Source: a virus (taxonomy: Duplodnaviria; Caudoviricetes). From it: 64,000 bases of DNA. The translations under genes and the position numbers were made by a program. Shown one piece after another: positions 7,800 through 17,503 of this stretch (position 1 is the first letter of the stretch; each line of letters starts with the position of its first letter). The notes beneath the pieces are model-generated. The model searched no databases, had not been told where the DNA came from, and worked only from the letters and a program-made list of their open reading frames with translations. The DNA is taken from IMG/VR virus record IMGVR_UViG_3300027833_001738, positions 2,912-66,911 of that record. One strand, given 5' to 3'.

Positions 7800-10700
7800 A
7801 TGAGTATAAACGCACAACCATTTCAGCCACAGTTCAAACTTATTGGCAATTTAGCAGAAGACCAAGTACTAGTATATGACACAAGTGAAGGCGCATTTGT
7901 CAACTCGGCAGGTTCAGGTGGTGGTGGAGCCGCTGGCTTTACAGCGATTGAAAATGTCGGCTCAACAGGAACTGCGATACATTACGGTGAAGCGGGAACA
8001 ACACTTCAACTTAAAAAATTAATTGGTGGCGATAATCTTACTATTACTGATAACGGTACTGGCGGATTAATATTAGCGGCTACAAATACAGACACGATAC
8101 AAGATGGTACCAATGTAGGCACAGGTACTGGATTATTTCATTCTAAAGATAACACAACCCATGCTCTAAAATTTAAGAGTTTGGCAGTAGGTGCAGGTCT
8201 TACATTAACAGATGACGGCAATGGAACAATTACACTTGTTAACACAGTATCAGGTGGTGGTTCAGCAGGTGCTGATGGTACATTAAGCAACTTATCAAAT
8301 GTTGCAACAGCAAGAACAAATTTAGATGTATTTTCTAAAGCAGAAGGTGATGCAAGATACCACGATAAATTCTCAAACTTCTTACCTTCAGCAAATAACG
8401 TATATGACGTAGGTTCACCATCATTCAAATTTAATGATATATATGCTGAAACATTTCAAGGTACTGCCGTATTAGCAGAAAACTTAGCAATAAGTGGTAC
8501 TGCCGGTCAAGTATTAACATATAACGGTTCAGCATGGGTAGCCGCAGACAACGCCGGTGGTGGCGGTGGTGGTGGCGGTGGCAGTGTCCCACAATCATTA
8601 TCAATATCTGGTTCTGATTTAACAATTTCAAGTGGCAACACAGTAGACTTATCTACTCTGCCAGGTTTAGGTTTTAATGGGACGTTTACTGCATTAACTG
8701 GCAAGCCAACAACATTAGCAGGTTATGGCATTACAGATGCACTAGCATTGGGTACAACTAGTACAACTGCACTTGCTGGTAACACTGTAATACCAACAGC
8801 AGTAAGTCAATTAACTAATGACTCAAACTACTTATCTTCTGTTCCTGCACAATTATTCAGTTCATTAGTAGGTAAACCTACAACATTAGCAGGATATGGA
8901 ATTACTGATGGCGGTGGTTCATATGCAAATAGTAATGTTGATACACATTTAAATGTAAGTAGTGCAACTGCTAACCAAGTATTAAAATGGACTGGCACAG
9001 ATTACGCATGGGTTACATCAACTGATAGCGACACAACATATACTGCCGGTACTGGACTTACATTATCAGGCACAGAATTCTCATTGACATCCGGTCACTT
9101 TGATGGAGACTATAACAGTCTATCAAACAAACCAAATCTATTTGATGGAACATACTCATCATTAAGTGGTAAGCCAACATTATTCTCTGGCTCATATAAT
9201 GACTTGTCAGCGAAGCCGACATTATTTGATGGTGCATACTCATCATTGTCTGGCAGACCAACATTATTTGATGGAGCATATTCATCACTAACAAGTAAAC
9301 CTACAACACTCGCTGGTTATGGAATTACAGATTCATTTGATAATGCCGATATTGACACACATTTAAATACAGGTACTGCAACAGCAAACCAAGTATTAAA
9401 ATGGACAGGTACCGATTACGATTGGGTCACATCAACTGATAGCGATACGACATACACAGCAGGAACTGGACTTACATTATCAGGCACAGAATTCTCATTA
9501 ACTGGTGGTCATTATAATGACAGTGCGGTTGATACACACTTAAATATAAGTGGTGCAACTGCCAATCAGATGCTAAAATGGACAGGTACTGATTATGCAT
9601 GGGTTACATCTACAGACAGTGACACAACTTATACTGCTGGTTCAGGACTTACATTATCAGGCACAGAATTCTCATTAACTGGTGGTGCAGTAACGCCATC
9701 AAGTGCAACAGCATTCACAAATAAGACTGGTAACATTAGTCAATGGACTAACGATGCGGGATATTTAACATCAGAAACAGACTCACAAACATTATCACTT
9801 TCTGGCACAACATTATCAATTTCAACTGGTAATAATGTTGACTTAGGTGCATTAACACTTGACGATTTCGCAGATGTGGCAATCTCATCAGTTTCAGATG
9901 GACAATTTTTAACATACGACAATGGTACTGGTGATTGGACTAACTCAACAGTTTCTATTCCAACACTTACAAGTCAATTAACAAACGATGCTGGTTTCAT
10001 AACTTCAGCAAGTACATATGATAACAGTGATGTAGATTCACACTTAAATCAATCTAACCCAACAAGTGGTTATGTACTAAGTTGGAACGGTTCAGATTAC
10101 GCATGGGTTTCGAATGGTGCCTCAGGTGCCCATTATACAGATTCAGATGCAAGGGCTGCCTTCTCAGCAACTACAGGATTATCATATAATAGTGGAACAG
10201 GTGTATTCTCACTGAATTCACAACTAGAGAATTTGTCAGATGTAAGTTCTACAACACCTTCAACAGGTCAAGTTCTAAAATGGAACGGTTCTACATGGAC
10301 ACCAAGTGCTGATGAAAATGATGATACAATTTATACATCATTCAATACAGATTTTGATACAAGACTTTCAGGAAAATCAACAACTAATCTAAGTGAAGGT
10401 ACAAACAAATACTTCACAGATACAAGAGTTAGAAATGCAATTAGCGTCACAGGCGACTTATCATATAATGCTTCGACTGGTGTTATATCTTTCACAGAAA
10501 CTGATAACTATGCTAATGCCGATGTTGACACACACTTAAACTCAGGTTCAGCAACAACTGGACAAATATTAAGTTGGAATGGTTCAGACTATGACTGGAT
10601 TGCAAACTCAGGAACACCGGCGTGGTCAGCAGTAACAAACAAGCCTACAACTATTGCAGGGTTTGGTATCACAGATGCATTTGATGGAGCATATTCATCA

Positions 10701-12284
10701 CTATCTGGCAAGCCAACATTACCTACAAACGTAAGTGATTTAACTAACGACAGTGGTTTCTTAACATCAGTTCCAGCACAGACTTTCGCTTCATTGACTA
10801 GTAAGCCAACGACAATCGCTGGATACGGAATTACAGATTCTGTAACACCAACTAGTTCACATACATTTACAAATAAATCTGGTAACATTAGTCAATGGAC
10901 TAACAACGCAGGTTACTTAACAAGTGTTCCAGCACAGTCGTTTGCTTCATTAACAGGTAAACCGACATCAATCGCTGGATATGGAATTACAGATAGTTTC
11001 TTCTCTGGTGCATACGCAGACTTATCAGGCAAACCAACATTATTTGATGGAGCATATTCATCATTGTCTGGTGCTCCTACAATGTATGCAAATAGTAATG
11101 TAGACGCACACCTAAATCAAAGTAATCCAACAAGTGGATATGTTCTTTCTTGGAACGGTTCAGATTATGCTTGGGTTGCCCAGTCTGGTGGCGGTGCAGG
11201 TGGTGATAAGATTGAAGAAGGCAACTCTAGTGTAGAAGTAATAGATGGCGGTGCAGATGGTCGTGTTGTATTTGAAACTAACGGCACTGACAGATGGCAA
11301 ATTTCTAATTCTGGACATATTTTACCAGAATCAAATGCAACATATGATTTAGGCAGTAACGCTAATCGTGCCAGAAATGTATATTTAAATACTTCATTGT
11401 ATATTGGCACAGATATAGTTGCAGTAAGTGGTGGCAAATTAACATTCAATGGCAGTGATGTACAAGATTATAATAATCTTTCAAACAAACCAGATGCCAT
11501 ATCAGCAGGTTCAGGAATTCAACTTAACTCAGGAACTTTATCATTAAGTTCAGCATTAAGTGGATTGACAGATGTTTCATCATCAGCACCAAGCACAGGA
11601 CAAGTTCTAAAATGGAATGGTTCAGCATGGGCACCGGGAACTGATGTAGCATCGGGTACTGCCGCAATGAATGACTTAACTGACGTTAGTACTTCAGGCA
11701 TATCAAGTGGACAATACTTATCATGGAATGGTTCATCATTTGTAGCAACAACTCCATCAAGTGGTGGTGCTTCTGCAATAAACGATTTATCAGATGTAGA
11801 CACATCCACTAGTGCGCCTTCTAACGGTGATGTTCTAACTTGGGTACAAGCAGATAGTGAATGGGCTCCAGCCGCACCTTCAGGTGGTGGTGGTGGTTCT
11901 GGTGCTACAATTGAATACTTCAAATTGAACTATGCAACAAACGGAAACTTATCATCAATCACAAATGCTACATCGGGAGTTAGTGCAACTATCCTGTCAG
12001 CAACTGGTGGTGACGTAGAAGTATCATTCAGTTCAACAAATTATCCACCATCAGGTATAATTATTTACGGTTATGCATATTCTACTAATGAGTATAATAT
12101 TAAAAACGCACATGCCGATATGAATACAAGAAAAATGTCAGGTGGCGGTTCAGCAGGCTCACCGATAGCATTCGGTAGTATGGGGTCAGTAGACTTGACG
12201 TTAGACCTTAGAGAAGCATCAACTGGTGCAGGACGAAGTTTCGGAACAACTACACATGCTTGGGTGATGTTTACAACAGTTTAA
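7800..12284 (+). CDS. long tail fibre / virion fibre protein (1494 aa)
   Basis: Gly/Ser/Thr-rich; repeated KPTTLAGYGITD, GQVLKWNGS.W, L.DL.DV and YDLGS modules typical of phage fibres. Confidence 0.85.
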   Translation: MSINAQPFQPQFKLIGNLAEDQVLVYDTSEGAFVNSAGSGGGGAAGFTAIENVGSTGTAIHYGEAGTTLQLKKLIGGDNLTITDNGTGGLILAATNTDTIQDGTNVGTGTGLFHSKDNTTHALKFKSLAVGAGLTLTDDGNGTITLVNTVSGGGSAGADGTLSNLSNVATARTNLDVFSKAEGDARYHDKFSNFLPSANNVYDVGSPSFKFNDIYAETFQGTAVLAENLAISGTAGQVLTYNGSAWVAADNAGGGGGGGGGSVPQSLSISGSDLTISSGNTVDLSTLPGLGFNGTFTALTGKPTTLAGYGITDALALGTTSTTALAGNTVIPTAVSQLTNDSNYLSSVPAQLFSSLVGKPTTLAGYGITDGGGSYANSNVDTHLNVSSATANQVLKWTGTDYAWVTSTDSDTTYTAGTGLTLSGTEFSLTSGHFDGDYNSLSNKPNLFDGTYSSLSGKPTLFSGSYNDLSAKPTLFDGAYSSLSGRPTLFDGAYSSLTSKPTTLAGYGITDSFDNADIDTHLNTGTATANQVLKWTGTDYDWVTSTDSDTTYTAGTGLTLSGTEFSLTGGHYNDSAVDTHLNISGATANQMLKWTGTDYAWVTSTDSDTTYTAGSGLTLSGTEFSLTGGAVTPSSATAFTNKTGNISQWTNDAGYLTSETDSQTLSLSGTTLSISTGNNVDLGALTLDDFADVAISSVSDGQFLTYDNGTGDWTNSTVSIPTLTSQLTNDAGFITSASTYDNSDVDSHLNQSNPTSGYVLSWNGSDYAWVSNGASGAHYTDSDARAAFSATTGLSYNSGTGVFSLNSQLENLSDVSSTTPSTGQVLKWNGSTWTPSADENDDTIYTSFNTDFDTRLSGKSTTNLSEGTNKYFTDTRVRNAISVTGDLSYNASTGVISFTETDNYANADVDTHLNSGSATTGQILSWNGSDYDWIANSGTPAWSAVTNKPTTIAGFGITDAFDGAYSSLSGKPTLPTNVSDLTNDSGFLTSVPAQTFASLTSKPTTIAGYGITDSVTPTSSHTFTNKSGNISQWTNNAGYLTSVPAQSFASLTGKPTSIAGYGITDSFFSGAYADLSGKPTLFDGAYSSLSGAPTMYANSNVDAHLNQSNPTSGYVLSWNGSDYAWVAQSGGGAGGDKIEEGNSSVEVIDGGADGRVVFETNGTDRWQISNSGHILPESNATYDLGSNANRARNVYLNTSLYIGTDIVAVSGGKLTFNGSDVQDYNNLSNKPDAISAGSGIQLNSGTLSLSSALSGLTDVSSSAPSTGQVLKWNGSAWAPGTDVASGTAAMNDLTDVSTSGISSGQYLSWNGSSFVATTPSSGGASAINDLSDVDTSTSAPSNGDVLTWVQADSEWAPAAPSGGGGGSGATIEYFKLNYATNGNLSSITNATSGVSATILSATGGDVEVSFSSTNYPPSGIIIYGYAYSTNEYNIKNAHADMNTRKMSGGGSAGSPIAFGSMGSVDLTLDLREASTGAGRSFGTTTHAWVMFTTV
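8937..9680 (+). repeat. three copies of a ~51-aa fibre module plus five tandem 42-nt (14-aa) repeats
   Basis: VDTHLN...QVLKWTGTDY.WVTSTDSDTTYTAG.GLTLSGTEFSLT at about 8937, 9351 and 9528; FDGAYSSLSGKPTL-type unit five times at 9099-9308. Confidence 0.9.
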
Positions 12285-12297
12285 AAGGTAAGATTAA

Positions 12298-14325
12298 ATG
12301 GCAATCAATAAGACAAGTGCGATAGATTTAAATGTTCCAGCAAAAGTAATACCTGTTACTGTGTCTGCAAAGATAACAGATGCGAATTGGGACTACGATG
12401 ATGGACTTGGCGACTTATGGTGGTCAGGTGGCACTCAGCCAAAAGCATATAGATGGCAACTAACTATGACTGTTACAACTGTTAATCACGGTTCACACTT
12501 AACGAGAACACCTAAGAAATTTGATGGATTTGATATCGTAGTAGGTGATTATATTGCAGGTGCTACTGATGGTCGTGCATTACAGATTGTTAGTATTACA
12601 TCAAAATCAGCAACAACTTGTGTATGTCTAGTCGAAGACAGATTAAGATATAACACATTTAGAAGTTCCGCTGGTAATGGTATCTTTACAGTTCCGGGCA
12701 ACGCAGTTATATTCCAAATTAACGAAAATGGTCATCCTATGATTGACCCGTTACCAGTTGGTATCGTATCAAGTGACTTTTATGCAAACGTAAACTCTCG
12801 TTTTCAGTATCTAAATCCACAAATGAACTATATGTTAGACCAAGTAGCACATGGTTTTGAACAAGGTGACGTAGTTGCAATTGACCATAATACTAACGTT
12901 TTTGAATTAGCCGATGCGGCTAACATTGAAAGATTAGTTGGTACAGTTACACACGCTGGACCAGGTCCAAATAAATTCTTAGTAAGACCAGCAAATGGTA
13001 TCGTTGATTTCGTTCCAGGTTTGCCAGGAAATCCAGGTGATTTTGTTTATCCAAAAACAGACAACTCTGGTGATTTAACACTAACAGATACTGGTGTTGC
13101 AATATTCTTAAAACTAACAAATGCTATTCCTAGTGTATCCAGAGGTACGGTTACAGATGGTACTTCTAGTGCAGCCGATAAATTGGAAATAAATGAATAC
13201 GATGTTTTGTTCACAACGAATTCTGGTGGTACTGTTTCGATAAACAATGCGGTAACTGATATCAATACTTCAACGTCTTCACATGGCGTAGTAGCATCTT
13301 CAACTCCAGCACCAAATACAATTACAAGTGATTCAGGGACTCACGGCTCTGCTTACGGTCTTGTCGGTGGTTTCCCACCATTTAGTGCAAGTATTAACGG
13401 AACAACAGTAAACTTTTCAACTACAACGGCAGGTCAAGCCGCATACTCTATGGCTGTTGCTATTGCAGAAGATATGGCAAATGATATTAATGCGGCAGGT
13501 ATTGCTAATGTCACTGCATCAGATTCGAGTGGTAATCTAGTAATTACACATTCACAAGGTAATGCATTTGCTATTGTAAACGGAACATCAGATAGCAACG
13601 GTAATGATTTTGCAGGCACTGGTTCAATCGCATCACTAGGAACATCGTACACCGCGGCATCAGGTGCAACTCTTAAGTTAACACGTTCTGACGGTGGTGA
13701 AATTATTCTTACTGATAAAGTTGGCACACCTACAGTAGATTTCGGTATCATGTCAGGTCACTCTGGTTCATATGCACTAGGTCTAAATGTTGAAAAAGGT
13801 ATTCGAAGTGGTGGTGGTATTACAGTTGTAGCCAACATGGCTGCCAGAAATGCAATGAATCCTCTCACAGGTGACCAAGCACACGTACTAGACACAGGCG
13901 AAGGTGAATGGGCATTATATCTATATTCAGGTTCTTCTTGGACATTAATTGCTAACGAAGATAGTGCGGCAACAGATGCCAACTCATTATCACACACATT
14001 TACTACTCCAGTCGGTGGATTTGGTAACACATCAACAATCACACTTGGTAGAGTTAGTAGCAACTCAAGGATATTGAGTGTTCTAGTAGAATGTACTACT
14101 GCTATAGCAGGTTACACAGGCGGTACACCATCATTAATCGTTGGTGTACAATCAGACCAAGATAGATTTATGGCTGATTATGAAAATGACATCGAAACAA
14201 CTGGTTCGTACATAACAAATCCAGATTATCATTATGCTGGTGCGGCTGAACTAGAAATCAAATGTGCCTTTGCACACTACGGTGCTACATCTGGCGATTT
14301 GAAAGTCACAGTAACCTACGTTTAA
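12298..14325 (+). CDS. putative virion structural (tail/fibre-associated) protein
   Basis: 675 aa, Gly/Ser/Thr- and beta-rich, directly after the fibre gene. Confidence 0.65.
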   Translation: MAINKTSAIDLNVPAKVIPVTVSAKITDANWDYDDGLGDLWWSGGTQPKAYRWQLTMTVTTVNHGSHLTRTPKKFDGFDIVVGDYIAGATDGRALQIVSITSKSATTCVCLVEDRLRYNTFRSSAGNGIFTVPGNAVIFQINENGHPMIDPLPVGIVSSDFYANVNSRFQYLNPQMNYMLDQVAHGFEQGDVVAIDHNTNVFELADAANIERLVGTVTHAGPGPNKFLVRPANGIVDFVPGLPGNPGDFVYPKTDNSGDLTLTDTGVAIFLKLTNAIPSVSRGTVTDGTSSAADKLEINEYDVLFTTNSGGTVSINNAVTDINTSTSSHGVVASSTPAPNTITSDSGTHGSAYGLVGGFPPFSASINGTTVNFSTTTAGQAAYSMAVAIAEDMANDINAAGIANVTASDSSGNLVITHSQGNAFAIVNGTSDSNGNDFAGTGSIASLGTSYTAASGATLKLTRSDGGEIILTDKVGTPTVDFGIMSGHSGSYALGLNVEKGIRSGGGITVVANMAARNAMNPLTGDQAHVLDTGEGEWALYLYSGSSWTLIANEDSAATDANSLSHTFTTPVGGFGNTSTITLGRVSSNSRILSVLVECTTAIAGYTGGTPSLIVGVQSDQDRFMADYENDIETTGSYITNPDYHYAGAAELEIKCAFAHYGATSGDLKVTVTYV

Positions 14326-14344
14326 CTCTTTTACAATTTATCAC

Positions 14345-14371
14345 AATGCGAACCAAACTATTCGCATTTTT
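14345..14371 (+). terminator. putative intrinsic terminator
   Basis: AATGCGAA-CCAAACTA-TTCGCATT followed by a T-run. Confidence 0.55.
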
Positions 14372-14411
14372 AAAAGATAAATACATATAGAAAAGTAATC
14401 GAGTATTAGAC

Positions 14412-14708
14412 ATGAAATCAAAAACAGCACACTGGCTTCACATAGCACCAGAATATTTTAGCAGATGGAGACTCTTTCCTAGAGCATTTATCTCTATGTA
14501 CATCTATCTTTTATATGATGTAGTTCAATGGTTTATGCTATTACCAGAGCCAAACTCCCAACAAGCAGGTTTAGTATCAGTCCTAGTAGGTTCTGGTGCG
14601 GCATGGTTTGGTTTGTATGTAAATTCTAGTTCAACTAAGTACGAAGAACTTCAAGTTACAAGCACAACTATGAAAACTTCAGATAAGCGAGAAAACCAAG
14701 TACAGTAA
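14412..14708 (+). CDS. small 2-TM membrane protein (holin-like)
   Basis: WRLFPR followed by two hydrophobic helices and a charged tail; late promoter at 14376. Confidence 0.55.
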   Translation: MKSKTAHWLHIAPEYFSRWRLFPRAFISMYIYLLYDVVQWFMLLPEPNSQQAGLVSVLVGSGAAWFGLYVNSSSTKYEELQVTSTTMKTSDKRENQVQ

Positions 14709-14709
14709 G

Positions 14710-15192
14710 ATGAATAAAAGTAATTTTAAATATCATATTAGACTGAAAATGACAGAAGAGTTACCAAAGGCAGATGTCCGAGGTATCATAACTGTTCTTA
14801 AAAAAGCAGTAGTAAACATTTTTCAGCCATTAGAAGATGGTACAGCCGTGATTTATCATTTAGGTAATGAAGCCCTGTATGAACACATATATGATTTTAG
14901 ATTAAATCGAGGTGTATCAGAAGAAGAAGCAGAGGTCATTCTTGGTCTTATAACAGACTGGACAGAAGAAGACTTTATAATGGAAATCACAACTACAGAC
15001 ACTTACGAATTGCCAGAAGGTGAATCAGAAGTCGATTTAACTGCTATGAAACATAACAGATGGATGACAGAAAAAGTAGACAATGGTTGGAGATATGGCT
15101 TACAATTCAATGAAGAAGATAAAACAGACCCACGATTACGCCCTTACGACCAACTAACAGATAAATTGAAAAATATATCAGAAAAAGGTTGA
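14710..15192 (+). CDS. RyR-domain protein
   Basis: C-terminal HNRW..EK...GWRYG....E..KT.P.L.PYDQL matches the RyR repeat consensus. Confidence 0.75.
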   Translation: MNKSNFKYHIRLKMTEELPKADVRGIITVLKKAVVNIFQPLEDGTAVIYHLGNEALYEHIYDFRLNRGVSEEEAEVILGLITDWTEEDFIMEITTTDTYELPEGESEVDLTAMKHNRWMTEKVDNGWRYGLQFNEEDKTDPRLRPYDQLTDKLKNISEKG

Positions 15193-15217
15193 CTTCTCGG
15201 TACAAACACTGTATTAT
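15189..15217 (+). promoter_or_regulatory. sigma70-type promoter for the hscB-like/erpA/acp genes
   Basis: TTGACT-N17-TATTAT. Confidence 0.6.
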
Positions 15218-15241
15218 GTAAGAACAAATAGGTAGAAATTT

Positions 15242-15781
15242 ATGTCAGGAACAAAAAGATTATATAATTTAGATGAAAAGAACTATTTCAAGTTCTTTGG
15301 TGTCGAAGAAAAGCAAGGAACTAGTATCCGAAGTCTTTCTACGCACTACAAAAAGATTCTAAACTTATTAAAAGACGATAATTCATTTATCGGGAGAGAC
15401 CATAAAGAGTTCGCACACCGAGCCTTTAATACATTGGTCGACCCTATCTTACGTGCAAGATACATTTTAGAAACCAATGGACACGAATGGGATTTTAGAG
15501 ACGGTACAACTCCAGAAGACTTGAGTTTTATCTCTGATTTGAGAGTTCAACTTACTAGAGCAAACTTACAATATGAACTTGAGAATTTTATTTTTGAACT
15601 GAAAGGACATACCAACTTTATCATAGAACAGATTGAAGAAAGTATTGATATTTACAGTAATTACAAGACAGCCATTGGGCTGATTAATCGATTTTACGAG
15701 ATATCTCATCTACATGAAGAGGCATCAGGTAAGAAATATGAAGTAGAACAAGGAATACACCACGGTGTGTTCGACCACTAG
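15242..15781 (+). CDS. HscB-like Fe-S co-chaperone lacking the HPD motif
   Basis: NYF.FFG...AFNTLVDPILRARYIL matches HscB; helical C-domain; next to erpA. Confidence 0.7.
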   Translation: MSGTKRLYNLDEKNYFKFFGVEEKQGTSIRSLSTHYKKILNLLKDDNSFIGRDHKEFAHRAFNTLVDPILRARYILETNGHEWDFRDGTTPEDLSFISDLRVQLTRANLQYELENFIFELKGHTNFIIEQIEESIDIYSNYKTAIGLINRFYEISHLHEEASGKKYEVEQGIHHGVFDH

Positions 15782-15793
15782 AGAGGAAGTAAA

Positions 15794-16114
15794 ATGATTT
15801 TTACAGAGAATGCGGCTGAACGTGTTAAGGAAATTATTTCAGAAGACCAAGAAGAAGTACAAGCACTTAGAGTATTTGTACAAGGTGGTGGATGCCACGG
15901 TTTTAGTTATGGATTTGGTTTTGAAAATGATATCGCAGATGATGATACTGTTATTGAAACCAGTGAAGTGAAATTAGTAGTTGATAGCATGAGCATCATG
16001 TATCTTTCAGAAGCAACTATTGATTTTGTTAGAAGCCTAGAAGGCGAACGTTTTACAATCGACAACCCATCAGCAAGAACATCTTGTGGATGTGGTTCAA
16101 GTTTTTCAGCATAG
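15794..16114 (+). CDS. erpA: A-type Fe-S carrier (ErpA/IscA family)
   Basis: LRVFVQGGGC.GFSY, VVD..S..YL, NP.A..SCGCGSSF. Confidence 0.9.
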   Translation: MIFTENAAERVKEIISEDQEEVQALRVFVQGGGCHGFSYGFGFENDIADDDTVIETSEVKLVVDSMSIMYLSEATIDFVRSLEGERFTIDNPSARTSCGCGSSFSA

Positions 16115-16121
16115 GAGCAAC

Positions 16122-16358
16122 ATGTCAATTGAACAAGAAATAATGGAAGTCGTAGCGAAGCGATTAAAGTGGAATGAAAACGACTTGTCATTAGAATCAA
16201 ATCTGAAAGAAGATTTAAAAGCAGATAGCATCGATTCAGTAGAGGTGCTATTTGAAATCGAAGAAATGTACGACATTGTAATAGAAGATGAACTAGCAGA
16301 AGATATTAATACTGTTGGTGACATCGTAAATGTTGTAAATTCTCTACAAAACGTGTAA
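16122..16358 (+). CDS. acpP: acyl carrier protein
   Basis: ATG 16122 after AGGAG; acidic, DL.ADSID.VE phosphopantetheine-Ser motif, I.TVGD. Confidence 0.88.
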   Translation: MSIEQEIMEVVAKRLKWNENDLSLESNLKEDLKADSIDSVEVLFEIEEMYDIVIEDELAEDINTVGDIVNVVNSLQNV

Positions 16359-16395
16359 ATAACCCATTTTTTTACTAAAATAAACAAAATATAGG

Positions 16396-16425
16396 TTGAC
16401 ATTTACATAAATAACATGTTATAAT
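16396..16425 (+). promoter_or_regulatory. sigma70-type promoter for the porin gene, with an embedded ATAAATA
   Basis: TTGACA-N18-TATAAT with TG extension. Confidence 0.7.
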
Positions 16426-16435
16426 TAATAATATT

Positions 16436-16519
16436 GATTGAGGTTATCATGCACTTGTGCGTGGTATACTCGGTCTATTGTCTATGAGAATGATTCCTCT
16501 CATATAAAAAAAGGAATCA
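16436..16519 (+). promoter_or_regulatory. structured 5' leader: long hairpin plus H-type pseudoknot
   Basis: GATTGAG-GTTATCATGCAC/GTGCGTGGTA-CTCGGTC hairpin; TATGAG/CTCATA stem whose loop TGATTCCT pairs with AGGAATCA after an A-tract. Confidence 0.55.
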
Positions 16520-16552
16520 AACTAATGTATTTCAAATAACTATAGGAGAATT

Positions 16553-17380
16553 ATGAATACTTTATTGAGAACCGCAATTGTGGGTACGGCATTGTTAGCA
16601 ACGCCATTCGCCGCATTTGCCGAAGCAGAAGCAGAAACGCAATCAGGCGTCTCAGTTTCTGGTACATACGAGGGTACTGCTACAGATTCAGGTACATACA
16701 CACAAGAACTTGAAGTTGTGGTTGGTATGAACTCTGAGGCTGGTTCAGTTACAGCGAAAGTTGATGAAACTGGAACTGTAGGTGATTTGTACCTTGACAC
16801 ATCAATTTCTTCAATTGACCTTAGACTTGGTAAAGTAGATGGTGAAATGGGAATGAAAGCGTCTACTACAGTCGCTGGTGTCACAGTTTCAGCATACAGC
16901 CCATCTGGCGCAGGCAAATCTACAGAGATTGGCGCTAGTACAGATATTGGTCCTTTGAACGTAGCAGGCGAAGACATCTTAGATTCTGATAGACTTCTAA
17001 GTGCAGGCATGAACGTAGCAGGTGTTGACTTAGGTGGTTCATACCAAAAGACAACAACTGGAACTAACCAAATCATGGATGCTGGTTTAGATGTTATGGA
17101 TATTACTGTATCAGTAGCAAACGCATCAATCGGTGATGCAAGTGTTACTAAAACTGGTGATAACAAACATGCGTTGTTAGGTACAATGACAGGTGCTACA
17201 AACGGCACAGATGTTAGAGGTATCAAAGTTGCGTATGGTGACCTTTCTGCAAAAGTAGTTGAACTAAATGCTACTAACACATATACTGTTGCTTTAGAGC
17301 GTGGTATTATGACTTATCAATATGATAAGATTGAAAATGGTGCAGATGAAGTCTCAGTAGGACTTAAACTTACTTTCTAA
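16553..17380 (+). CDS. outer-membrane beta-barrel (porin-like) protein
   Basis: Signal peptide ending AFA, amphipathic beta-strands, C-terminal VSVGLKLTF BAM signal. Confidence 0.75.
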   Translation: MNTLLRTAIVGTALLATPFAAFAEAEAETQSGVSVSGTYEGTATDSGTYTQELEVVVGMNSEAGSVTAKVDETGTVGDLYLDTSISSIDLRLGKVDGEMGMKASTTVAGVTVSAYSPSGAGKSTEIGASTDIGPLNVAGEDILDSDRLLSAGMNVAGVDLGGSYQKTTTGTNQIMDAGLDVMDITVSVANASIGDASVTKTGDNKHALLGTMTGATNGTDVRGIKVAYGDLSAKVVELNATNTYTVALERGIMTYQYDKIENGADEVSVGLKLTF

Positions 17381-17410
17381 TGTTTAATCTTTAAACAGTA
17401 ATGTACTACT

Positions 17411-17438
17411 AAAAGCCCGTCTTAATGACGGGCTTTTT
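17411..17438 (+). terminator. intrinsic terminator
   Basis: AAAAGCCCGTC-TTAAT-GACGGGCTTTTT. Confidence 0.88.
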
Positions 17439-17503
17439 CTTTATGTCTACTATTGATAAATATAGTTAGATAGAACAAATTAAAATAAAAGTGGGAGAGA
17501 ACC

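Noticed and set aside
9099-9308. Regular 42-nt repeats as a possible CRISPR array
   Set aside because: They are in-frame coding repeats with synonymous variation, there are no unique spacers, and no cas genes are present.
8937-9680. Diversity-generating retroelement TR/VR pair in the fibre gene
   Set aside because: Differences between copies are mostly synonymous and not adenine-specific; no reverse transcriptase in the window.
16483-16519. preQ1-I or SAM-II/V riboswitch assignment
   Set aside because: The topology is similar but the ligand-binding consensus nucleotides are not recognisable, so it is left unnamed.
16540-17280. 246-aa antisense ORF, and similar shadow ORFs such as 60746-61303, 30641-31180 and 61682-62326
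   Set aside because: They are mirror frames of genes with biased codon usage, with no SD, promoter or recognisable motifs.
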